Notes: a model not told the origin generated them from the sequence alone. A stretch of 10,085 nt of DNA from Delftia acidovorans NBRC 14950 (GCF_001598795.1 NZ_BCZP01000051.1:1-10085); one strand, 5' to 3'; shown: positions 4,765 through 10,085, numbered from the stretch's first letter. Numbers and translations: made by a program.

Positions 4765-5368
4765 AGAACTGCGCCGAGAACTGTTCCGATGCCAGGCGCG
4801 AGCGCTGTGGCTGCGCTCGCTGGCGGTGGCTGATCCACTTCTCAGCGCGCGGCTGCAGGCAGAGTCCAGCCTTGCATTTCTTCGTGCAACGCAAGGCGAA
4901 TGTCCTCTGGACTCATTGAGCGGACATCCCGGGGCAGCCAGTGATATTTCTGGATCCATTCCTCCAAGCTTGGGGAGGTCGCCAATGGCTGAGCCCATGT
5001 CCCTCGAAGAGCTCGCCGCAGCTTTGAAGACGGTCGGAAAGTGGCGCGAGGGCCTGACATACAAACAATTCAGGACGCTTGAAAGCGCAGGCTTGATGTC
5101 GCTGCGGGCGTGGGGTCTGGGTTTGGCGGAGTTCGAAGCCATCGACCCTATTGATGGTGAGCCTGCCCCGCAGACGATGGATGACGCGTTCGCGCTTCTC
5201 CGGCGGTTGGTAGATCGCACTGACCTGAGCCCGATGGGGGTGGTGCATGCCTTTACAGCTGGCAGTCTGGCCGGCTCCATTCTGGCTGCAGAGTTTCCTG
5301 CGTTGTTGGCACATCGAGTCGAGGGGCATGCCGCCTTCGCTGCAGGGCAGGAGGCAGCCCATGGCTGA
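4757..5368 (+). CDS. hypothetical early protein (203 aa; possibly only the C-terminal 127 aa from ATG 4985)
   Basis: AAGGAGG lies 5 nt upstream of the ATG at 4757. Codon position 1 is G-rich and exceeds position 2 in GC in the 3' two-thirds (MSLEELAAALKTVGKWREGLTYKQFRTLESAGLMSLRAWGL...). The stretch from about 4880 to 4984 has low GC3. A second GGAGG-N6-ATG occurs at 4985. Confidence 0.5.
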   Translation: MLEELRRELFRCQARALWLRSLAVADPLLSARLQAESSLAFLRATQGECPLDSLSGHPGAASDISGSIPPSLGRSPMAEPMSLEELAAALKTVGKWREGLTYKQFRTLESAGLMSLRAWGLGLAEFEAIDPIDGEPAPQTMDDAFALLRRLVDRTDLSPMGVVHAFTAGSLAGSILAAEFPALLAHRVEGHAAFAAGQEAAHG

Positions 5369-5423
5369 TCAAACCCTTCGTGTTGTGCTTGTTGGCCAGA
5401 CAACGCTGCTAGCCGACCTCGCG

Positions 5424-5642
5424 CTACTTGCTGAAGCGGCCAAAGGATCGCTTGAGGTCCGCGAGGCTCTTGTCTACTTTCTTCATGGAGCTGTCGAGAC
5501 TGCGGGCGTCGATATCCAGTGTGGTTCCACAACCCTGGCAGGTGAGCTTCGGGTTGAGGCGAAGCTTCCCAATCGTCTCGCGTCGCTCGCGGCGGCACTT
5601 CGGGCAATTGATCGTGATGGCCTGTGAGTCCAAGAGTCCCAT
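5424..5642 (-). CDS. zinc-ribbon protein (72 aa), CPKC-X20-CQGC
   Basis: MGLLDSQAITINCPKCRRERRETIGKLRLNPKLTCQGCGTTLDIDARSLDSSMKKVDKSLADLKRSFGRFSK. AAGGAGG lies 9 nt upstream of the ATG at 5642. GC3 is about 80 percent by eye, against about 55 percent for the antisense + ORF 5361..5627. The ORF could extend to GTG 5714. Confidence 0.55.
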   Translation of the reverse strand: MGLLDSQAITINCPKCRRERRETIGKLRLNPKLTCQGCGTTLDIDARSLDSSMKKVDKSLADLKRSFGRFSK

Positions 5643-5726
5643 TTTGTCCGCCCTCCTTGGCGTAGTTGGTGGTGGTGTGAGAGCTTCCATCGTACCCAAG
5701 GCAGGGGCGGACACCTGTTTTCCCCC

Positions 5727-5975
5727 TCATGCCACCACTCTTGCAGAGATGCCCCGCAGCTGTGAAATCACTTCCGGCGGCGCACTCCCGGACTCCTGCA
5801 TGCGCTGGCAGCACAGTTCGCTCCAGCGGGCCAGCGCGGCCGCGCTGAATCCGGCTCGGCCTTCGCCCTCCAAGACTTCGAGCATCTGGCCCAGGAACAG
5901 CTCCAGGGCCTGCGCCCATTGGGGGCTGCCGATGTTGTCTGCTGTGGGCGTTGCGGGTGCTGTGCTGTGGGTCAT
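5727..5975 (-). CDS. hypothetical small acidic protein (82 aa)
   Basis: MTHSTAPATPTADNIGSPQWAQALELFLGQMLEVLEGEGRAGFSAAALARWSELCCQRMQESGSAPPEVISQLRGISARVVA. GC3 is high, and position 1 GC exceeds position 2 GC on this strand. The co-phased + ORF 5428..6003 is Ser/Arg/Pro-rich junk. No SD precedes the ATG at 5975. It ends 85 nt before the zinc-ribbon ATG, in the same frame and orientation. Confidence 0.5.
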   Translation of the reverse strand: MTHSTAPATPTADNIGSPQWAQALELFLGQMLEVLEGEGRAGFSAAALARWSELCCQRMQESGSAPPEVISQLRGISARVVA

Positions 5976-6002
5976 GTCGTTGGCTCGCAAGGGGTTGTGC
6001 TG

Positions 6003-6533
6003 ATGAGTGCAACTTTCTCAGTTGGCATCGCCCCTGGCTATGTCGAAAGTGAGCCTCAAGCCGACATTGCCGCCGGCATGGACGTGCTCGACGCGGCTTA
6101 CCTGATCGCACAGACCAGCCAGGGCGGCATCAAGGCCCTGGCGGTGCGCATGGGCATCAACGCCGGCACGCTGCAGCACAAGCTCAACACCAACAACGAT
6201 ACCCACCACCTGACGCTGCGCGAATCCGTGCGGCTGCAGGTGGTGACGGGCAATGCAGCTGTGCTGCATGCCATGGCCAGCGAACTCGGCTACGAGTGCC
6301 GGCGCACCCTGCCAGACCAGGCCGAGGGCGATCCGGTGGAGGCCTTCATGCATTTCCAGTCCGCCGTGGCGGAGGTCACACGCGCAGCAGCTGATGCGCA
6401 CCGCCAGCCGTCGCGCAATGCGGTGCGGCGGCTTGACCGCCAGGTGCAGGAACTCACGGTCATGGCGCAGTACCTGGCCCGCTCGGCACAGCAGCGCCTG
6501 GCTGCCACCCCTGGAGGTGGCAATGCGTATTGA
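6003..6533 (+). CDS. phage CII-like regulatory protein (phage 186 CII / CP76-type)
   Basis: ...GGIKALAVRMGINAGTLQHKLNTNNDTHHLTLRESVRLQVVTGNAAVLHAMASELGYEC... parallels the 186 CII segment that I recall as GMNVQTLRNKLNPEQPHQFT. AAGGGG lies 8 nt upstream of the ATG at 6003. An alternative start is ATG 6078, because the first 17 or so codons have low GC3. Confidence 0.65.
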   Translation: MSATFSVGIAPGYVESEPQADIAAGMDVLDAAYLIAQTSQGGIKALAVRMGINAGTLQHKLNTNNDTHHLTLRESVRLQVVTGNAAVLHAMASELGYECRRTLPDQAEGDPVEAFMHFQSAVAEVTRAAADAHRQPSRNAVRRLDRQVQELTVMAQYLARSAQQRLAATPGGGNAY

Positions 6534-7383
6534 TATCAAGCCTGAAGGAGGTGCCCGATACAAGCGTGCCCTGGCCGGCCTGGATGGTGGGCAGATTGCT
6601 CAGGCCACGGCCGAGGCCATCAACATGGGTGCGGGCCGCGTCAAGAATTCCATGCGCTCTGAAATGCAGAGCGTTTTTGACAGACCCACAGGCTACGTGC
6701 TGCAGTCCGTGCAGGTGGTCAAGAAGGCCACGGCCGGCGATCTCAATGCGCTGGTGGCGCCTACCTACATGGGCGGCAAGGGTGTGGACCCGCAGCAGAT
6801 CCTCGCCGCGCAGGAGGACGGCGGCCGGCGCCGTGACAAGCGAAGTGAGGTGGCTCTGCGGCGCGCCGGGATTCTTCCTAACGAATATCAGACTGCAATT
6901 CCAGCCGACAGGTACGGCGGGCCGTATCCGGGTACTGATGATGGGCGCGGCAATCTCAAAGGCTCGGTGCTGGTCCAACTTATCGCGTATTTCCAAGCGT
7001 TTGGCGAGCAGGGTTACAGGGCAAATATGTCCCAGGGCCGCAAGAACGCTCTGCACCAGCGCGGTGGCAAGGGCGTTCGGTTCATGGGGCCTGTGAAAGG
7101 CATCCGGTTCATCGTCGCATATGGCCCCCTGCGCGGCGGCGCCCGGACCACGGCGCGCGGCGAGTACGACCAACGCGTATCCAACTTGGGCCCAGGCATC
7201 TGGGCCATTTCGGGTACGGGCGGCGCTGACGTGCGCGCGGTGCTGATGTTCGTACGCAGCGGCAACTACAAGCCCCGCATCAGCCTGGAAGCGGTGCGCA
7301 AGCGCTCGGGCGTCGATGAGCTGATTCCCCGCTGGGTCCGTGGCCGCGTCTACGACGCATTCAAGAAAGCCAGTCAGGGCTGA
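6523..7383 (+). CDS. hypothetical protein (286 aa), Gly/Arg-rich, family not recognised
   Basis: This is an internal Met of track ORF 6253..7383. GGAGG lies 5 nt upstream of the ATG at 6523. It overlaps the CII-like stop by 11 nt. GC3 is high throughout (MRIDIKPEGGARYKRALAGLDGGQIAQATAEAINMGAGRVKNSMRSEMQSVFDRPTGYVLQS...). Confidence 0.75.
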   Translation: MRIDIKPEGGARYKRALAGLDGGQIAQATAEAINMGAGRVKNSMRSEMQSVFDRPTGYVLQSVQVVKKATAGDLNALVAPTYMGGKGVDPQQILAAQEDGGRRRDKRSEVALRRAGILPNEYQTAIPADRYGGPYPGTDDGRGNLKGSVLVQLIAYFQAFGEQGYRANMSQGRKNALHQRGGKGVRFMGPVKGIRFIVAYGPLRGGARTTARGEYDQRVSNLGPGIWAISGTGGADVRAVLMFVRSGNYKPRISLEAVRKRSGVDELIPRWVRGRVYDAFKKASQG

Positions 7384-7412
7384 CGGCCCGGCTGATATCA
7401 GGAGAGATAGAC

Positions 7413-7754
7413 ATGCAACACACCACCCATCAGGTGACCTCGCATGACACCAAGGCGGATTCGTTCTCTGCCATTGGCAATGCCACGCGGGTGCGCCTCA
7501 ACGAGCGGCTGTACAGCAGCCTGGCCGAGGCCCACCGCCGGGGGCAGCCCGCCCTGAGCCGGCGCGAGCTGCGGGACTTTCACAACGAGTGCACCGGCGA
7601 ATGGCTGGAGATCTCCAGTGTGGCCAGCACGGTGAATGCGCTGGTCGCGGCCAAGCGGGTGGAAGAGGTGGCGGCGCGGGCCTGCTCCCTGCCGCCGCAT
7701 CGCCTGGTCAAGCCTGTGCGCTGCCGCCTGCAGCAGGCCACGTTGACGGACTGA
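7413..7754 (+). CDS. hypothetical protein (113 aa), possible winged-helix DNA-binding protein
   Basis: GGAGAG lies upstream of the ATG at 7413. GC3 is very high. The ...LSRRELRDFHNECTGEWLEISSVASTVNALVAAKRVEEV... pattern is compatible with an HTH or winged-helix fold. That is inference only. Confidence 0.7.
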   Translation: MQHTTHQVTSHDTKADSFSAIGNATRVRLNERLYSSLAEAHRRGQPALSRRELRDFHNECTGEWLEISSVASTVNALVAAKRVEEVAARACSLPPHRLVKPVRCRLQQATLTD

Positions 7755-7778
7755 ATTGATATCGAAGGTTGAGCAGGC

Positions 7779-8849
7779 ATGAATCACTACCCCCACCACA
7801 TCGGCGACTTCAACACCGCGACACGGCACTTGTCACGGCTGGAGCGTGCCATCTACCGTGACATGCGTGACATGTACTGTGACACCGAGGCAGCGTTGGA
7901 CGGCTCCAGCTTCGATCTGCTGGCGCGGCGACTGCTGTGCCGGTCACCGGAAGAGATCGATGCCCTGCAGTTCGTGCTGGCCGAGTTCTTCACGCTGCTG
8001 CCCGATGGCCGATATCAGAACGACGAATGCGAGCAGATCGTGGCCCAGTTCCGCCAGCAGCAGGAGGGGCGCGAAGAGGTCAAGAGCAACGAACATCTGC
8101 GGCAAAGGCGCAGCAGGGCTAGGCGTAGCGCTATCTTTTCTGCTCTTCGTACTCTGGGTGTCGTACCCGCTGCCAAGACCAAGGCGGCAGAGCTGATGGC
8201 CCTGTGCCGTCAGCATGGGATCGTCGTGACAGACACCAGTGTCACGCTCAATGGAATGGATTGGCTGGCTGCTGATACGGACAATGTCACGCCGCGTCAC
8301 GGTGATGTCACGGGTGGTGTCACGCCTCGTCACGGCGATGACACGGGTAACCAGAACCAGAACCAAAACCAATACATACCCCCCAACCCCCCTGCAGGGG
8401 GGGCGAACGGTGGGTTGGCTATCGCCACAGCGCTTGCAGGCAGCTTCCCGGAGCATCGGCGCACCCGGTTGGTGGACGTGGCCGACGCCGTGGCCGATGC
8501 CATCGCCCGTGGCGACGTGACGGCCGAGGAGCTGCTGGCTGCCGCTGAGCAGCAGCGTGGACTGCTGGCGGCGAAGGATGGCAAGGCCTGCCCCAGTCTG
8601 CTGCGCTGGGTGCGTGAGCAGCGTTGGAAGGACGTGGTGATGCTGGCATCTGCGGCTGGCGAGGGGCAGCAGCCCGACAACTGGGCAGACACGCGCAGCG
8701 GCGTCGAGGGCATGGCGGCTAGCCTGGGCATGCCGGGCTACGACGACTGGTGCGATGCGCGAGCGGGGCAGGGCCTGCGGCGAGCGTTCGCGGACTACGA
8801 GGCGGCAGTGCATGCGCTGCTGGCCGAGCGTCAGGGGGTGTCGGCATGA
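7779..8849 (+). CDS. DUF1376 (YdaU-like) phage replication protein
   Basis: The N-terminus MNHYPHHIGDFNTATRHLSRLERAIYRDMRDMY... is the characteristic DUF1376/YdaU opening (Y.HHIGD........L...E...Y..L...Y). It has a low-complexity repeat linker (VTPRHGDVTGG / VTPRHGDDTGN / NQNQNQNQ). It sits downstream of the cro- and CII-like genes, as in the Rac prophage ydaS-T-U order. Confidence 0.8.
   Translation: MNHYPHHIGDFNTATRHLSRLERAIYRDMRDMYCDTEAALDGSSFDLLARRLLCRSPEEIDALQFVLAEFFTLLPDGRYQNDECEQIVAQFRQQQEGREEVKSNEHLRQRRSRARRSAIFSALRTLGVVPAAKTKAAELMALCRQHGIVVTDTSVTLNGMDWLAADTDNVTPRHGDVTGGVTPRHGDDTGNQNQNQNQYIPPNPPAGGANGGLAIATALAGSFPEHRRTRLVDVADAVADAIARGDVTAEELLAAAEQQRGLLAAKDGKACPSLLRWVREQRWKDVVMLASAAGEGQQPDNWADTRSGVEGMAASLGMPGYDDWCDARAGQGLRRAFADYEAAVHALLAERQGVSA
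7857..7874 (+). repeat. tandem 9-bp direct repeat CGTGACATG x2 (part of the GTCACG/CGTGAC motif cluster 1)
   Basis: CGTGACATG occurs at 7857-7865 and again at 7866-7874. A third GTGACA lies at 7879-7884. GACACGG (7820-7826) and GTCACGG (7832-7838) lie just upstream in the opposite orientation. Confidence 0.7.
8286..8351 (+). repeat. tandem 33-bp direct repeat, each unit carrying three G(T/A)CACG motifs at about 10-12 bp spacing (iteron-like array)
   Basis: Unit 1 is GTCACGCCGCGTCACGGTGATGTCACGGGTGGT (8286-8318). Unit 2 is GTCACGCCTCGTCACGGCGATGACACGGGTAAC (8319-8351). About 27 of 33 positions are identical. Motif starts are at 8286, 8296, 8307, 8319, 8329 and 8340. Extra copies lie at 8241 (direct) and 8225 (inverted). 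Confidence 0.8.
8349..8372 (+). repeat. hexanucleotide microsatellite (AACCAG)2(AACCAA)2, the A-richest stretch of the gene
   Basis: Read directly from the sequence. It encodes NQNQNQNQ. Confidence 0.85.
8387..8402. repeat. perfect 16-bp palindrome CCCCCCTGCAGGGGGG
   Basis: Read directly from the sequence. It lies immediately downstream of the iteron-like array and the A-rich hexamer repeat. Confidence 0.85.
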
Positions 8850-8998
8850 CGGTGCGCACCCTCATCGGCGCGGCGGCGCCCCTCTCGATGTGCTTAAAAA
8901 ATAGGCAGGATCGCGGGTCCTTTTTGGCCCCCTTGGAAGCGGGTAATTCGAGCCGCGCTCTCGGACTGTTGCGCAACCTTCCTAAGGGGGTTAAGTGA
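8846..8998 (+). CDS. possible micro-ORF (50 aa) bridging the replication and terminase genes
   Basis: The ATG overlaps the replication-gene stop (ATGA, 8846-8849). Its TGA overlaps the GTG start of the small terminase (GTGA, 8995-8998). GC3 is fairly high. However, the stretch also looks intergenic: it has an A6 run, a hairpin plus T5, and a long inverted repeat. Confidence 0.3.
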   Translation: MTVRTLIGAAAPLSMCLKNRQDRGSFLAPLEAGNSSRALGLLRNLPKGVK

Positions 8999-9537
8999 AG
9001 GTCCTGCCTTACTTTGATGCTCCTATTTCGCAAGCAGAATTTGCGGCTTTGATCGGTGTCAGCGAGGCCCGCGTGAGCCAGCTGGTGAGCGAAGGCGTGA
9101 TCGTCCGGGGCGATTCGGGCCACGAATGGCTGCTCGCCTACTGCGCGCGCCTGCGCGACCAGGCTGCGGGCCGTGCCTCGGCCGGTTTGGGTGGCCTGGA
9201 CCTGGTCCAGGAACGTGCGGCGCTGGCGCGTTCGCAACGTGTGGCCCAGGACCTGAAAAACGCTGTCTCCAGTGGCGAATTCGCGCCCATCGGTGCTTTG
9301 GCGGACGTGTTGGGTCTGGCCAGCTCGGCCGTGGTGGACCGCATGGACCAGATCGAGGGCCAGTTGCGCAAGGCCTGCCCGGATCTGCCCGAGGATGCCC
9401 GCGTCACGGTGCTGCGCGTGCTGGCCGATGCCCGCAATGAATGGATTCGGGTCACGTCCAAGCTGATCGGCGAGCGCGTGGCGGCCATGGCCGAGGCGCC
9501 CGACGAGGATGAGCTGGACGAGGAGGCCGCATTTTGA
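8995..9537 (+). CDS. terminase small subunit, lambda Nu1-like
   Basis: The N-terminal HTH is ISQAEFAALIGVSEARVSQLVSEGVIV. The segment ERAALARSQRVAQDLKNAVSSGEFAPIG parallels lambda Nu1 ERHRLTRAQADAQELKNARDSAEVVETA. The start is GTG at 8995 with AAGGGGG 4 nt upstream. A gpA-like gene follows directly. Confidence 0.8.
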   Translation: MKVLPYFDAPISQAEFAALIGVSEARVSQLVSEGVIVRGDSGHEWLLAYCARLRDQAAGRASAGLGGLDLVQERAALARSQRVAQDLKNAVSSGEFAPIGALADVLGLASSAVVDRMDQIEGQLRKACPDLPEDARVTVLRVLADARNEWIRVTSKLIGERVAAMAEAPDEDELDEEAAF

Positions 9538-10085
9538 GCGTACCCCTGTCGAGAGAGGCGATTTCCGCAATCCAGGCCGCCGCGCAGCTGGGCCTGTCCA
9601 GCCTGCGGGCCGACGCACCGCAAACACTGTCCGAATGGGCAGCCGACCACTTCCTGCTGGCCGGAGAATCCAGCCACCAGAAGGGCGGTTGGGTGGCCTG
9701 GCCGTTCCAGATCGGAATCTTGGACTTCATGTCCGATGACCGCATTGAGGAGCTGGCCGTCAAGAAGTCCAAGCGCGTCGGCTACTCGAAAATGATCACG
9801 GCCTTCGTCTGCTACAACATCGCGCACCGCCGCCGAAAGCAGGCGCTGTGGCAGCCCACGGACGACGACCGTGACAGCTTCGTCAAGACCGAGATCGAGC
9901 CCCTGCTGGACAGCAAGGACGGCGTGCCCTCGGTGATCGCGGCCCGCAAGCAGGGCAGCCGGGTCGAAGAGACCATCAAGTACAAGCCGTTCCGCGACAG
10001 CGTGCTGCATTTGCTGGGCGGCAAGGCGGCGCGGGCCTACCGCCGTATCACGGTGGCCGTGGCCATCCTGGACGAATGGACGGCT
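9534..10085 (+). CDS. terminase large subunit, lambda gpA-like (N-terminal 184 codons; continues past window end)
   Basis: The frame is open from 9513 to the window end. The start is TTG at 9534 with AGGAGG 7 nt upstream, overlapping the Nu1-like stop. WPFQIGILDFMSDDRIEELAVKKSKRVGYSKMITAFVCYNIAHRRRKQALWQPTDDDRDSFVKTEIEPLL parallels lambda A LPFQRAIMNAMGSDYIREVNVVKSARVGYSKMLLGVYAYFIEHKQRNTLIWLPTDGDAENFMKTHVEPTI. Confidence 0.9.
   Translation, partial: MSVPLSREAISAIQAAAQLGLSSLRADAPQTLSEWAADHFLLAGESSHQKGGWVAWPFQIGILDFMSDDRIEELAVKKSKRVGYSKMITAFVCYNIAHRRRKQALWQPTDDDRDSFVKTEIEPLLDSKDGVPSVIAARKQGSRVEETIKYKPFRDSVLHLLGGKAARAYRRITVAVAILDEWTA

Noticed and set aside
5361-5627. Plus-strand ORF (88 aa, MADQTLRVVLVGQ...) with a perfect AGGAGG-N6-ATG overlapping the upstream stop
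   Set aside because: Its GC is concentrated at codon position 1 (about 78 percent by eye), with low GC3 (about 55 percent). The product is rich in Ala, Leu, Val, Gly and Glu. That is the pattern expected for the antisense translation of the minus-strand zinc-ribbon gene, which has high GC3 and a CxxC...CxxC motif. It is kept as an explicit alternative in the findings because the SD is strong.
5428-6003. 191-aa plus-strand ORF spanning the gap before the CII-like gene
   Set aside because: The product is Ser/Arg/Pro-rich and low in complexity. It shares third positions with the two minus-strand ORFs. Position 2 GC exceeds position 1 GC on this strand, and it has no SD.
4381-6111. 576-aa minus-strand ORF, the longest in the window
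   Set aside because: The product is extremely Arg/Pro/Ser/Gly-rich with no recognisable motif. Over 4352-5368 it shares third-codon positions with the better-supported plus-strand genes, which is a typical high-GC shadow ORF. It would also swallow genes that have good SDs and stop/start coupling.
8225-8372. Could the regularly spaced repeats be a CRISPR array or a minisatellite of no function?
   Set aside because: The repeat units are contiguous (33 bp x 2 with internal sub-repeats of about 11 bp), with no unique spacers. They lie in frame inside a coding linker, so this is not a CRISPR array. An iteron or ori interpretation fits better and is reported as a finding.
8908-8925. Hairpin GGATC-GCG-GGTCC plus TTTTT as terminator of the early-right operon
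   Set aside because: The stem is only 5 bp with a G:U pair and the loop is 3 nt. It would lie inside the possible micro-ORF and just upstream of the terminase genes. It is too weak to annotate as a feature.
6018-10010. Long minus-strand ORFs 6018..6563, 6460..7173, 7398..7829, 7944..8813, 8719..9627 and 9138..10010
   Set aside because: All are antisense to plus-strand genes that have family-level motif matches or very high GC3 plus SDs. Their products are Arg/Gly/Ala/Pro-rich shadow translations.
1-10085. Search for integrase, attachment-site repeats, tRNA, IS elements or transposase ends that would define prophage or island borders
   Set aside because: I found no tRNA-like cloverleaf, no terminal inverted repeats flanking the AT-rich cassette, and no recombinase-like ORF. 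The window lies entirely inside phage DNA, so borders cannot be addressed here.

Overview
This window is a high-GC temperate-phage (lambdoid / Rac-like) segment, probably a prophage in a proteobacterial host. From left to right it contains seven parts. (1) 1-1091 holds a leftward early operon of small, translationally coupled genes, including two tandem paralogues. (2) About 1300-3100 is a visibly more AT-rich 'moron' cassette. It encodes a small multi-pass membrane protein (+) convergent with a roughly 385-aa protein (-). That protein has an N-terminal domain resembling the type I restriction enzyme HsdR N-terminal PD-(D/E)xK nuclease fold, and the gene has its own strong terminator. (3) A GC-rich region of about 330 nt with no convincing ORF lies downstream of a PL-like, operator-controlled leftward promoter and contains an intrinsic terminator close to that promoter. 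(4) The immunity switch consists of a 134-aa cI-like HTH repressor (-) divergent from a 70-aa Cro/YdaS-like protein (+). The same TGTAAAC-N2-GTTTACA palindromic operator is embedded in two homologous promoter modules about 720 bp apart. (5) The rightward early operon includes a CII (phage 186 CP76)-like regulator, a 286-aa unknown protein, a small probable DNA-binding protein, and a DUF1376/YdaU-like replication protein whose linker carries an iteron-like repeat array. It is interrupted by a two-gene leftward cassette (82-aa protein plus CxxC...CxxC zinc-ribbon protein). (6) A short junction with a doubly coupled micro-ORF follows. (7) The window ends with a lambda Nu1-like small terminase and the 5' part of a lambda gpA-like large terminase. 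I saw no tRNA, rRNA, CRISPR array, integrase or transposase. The best candidate for an undescribed system is the AT-rich nuclease-fold/membrane-protein cassette next to the immunity region. All family assignments come from remembered sequence motifs, not from searches.
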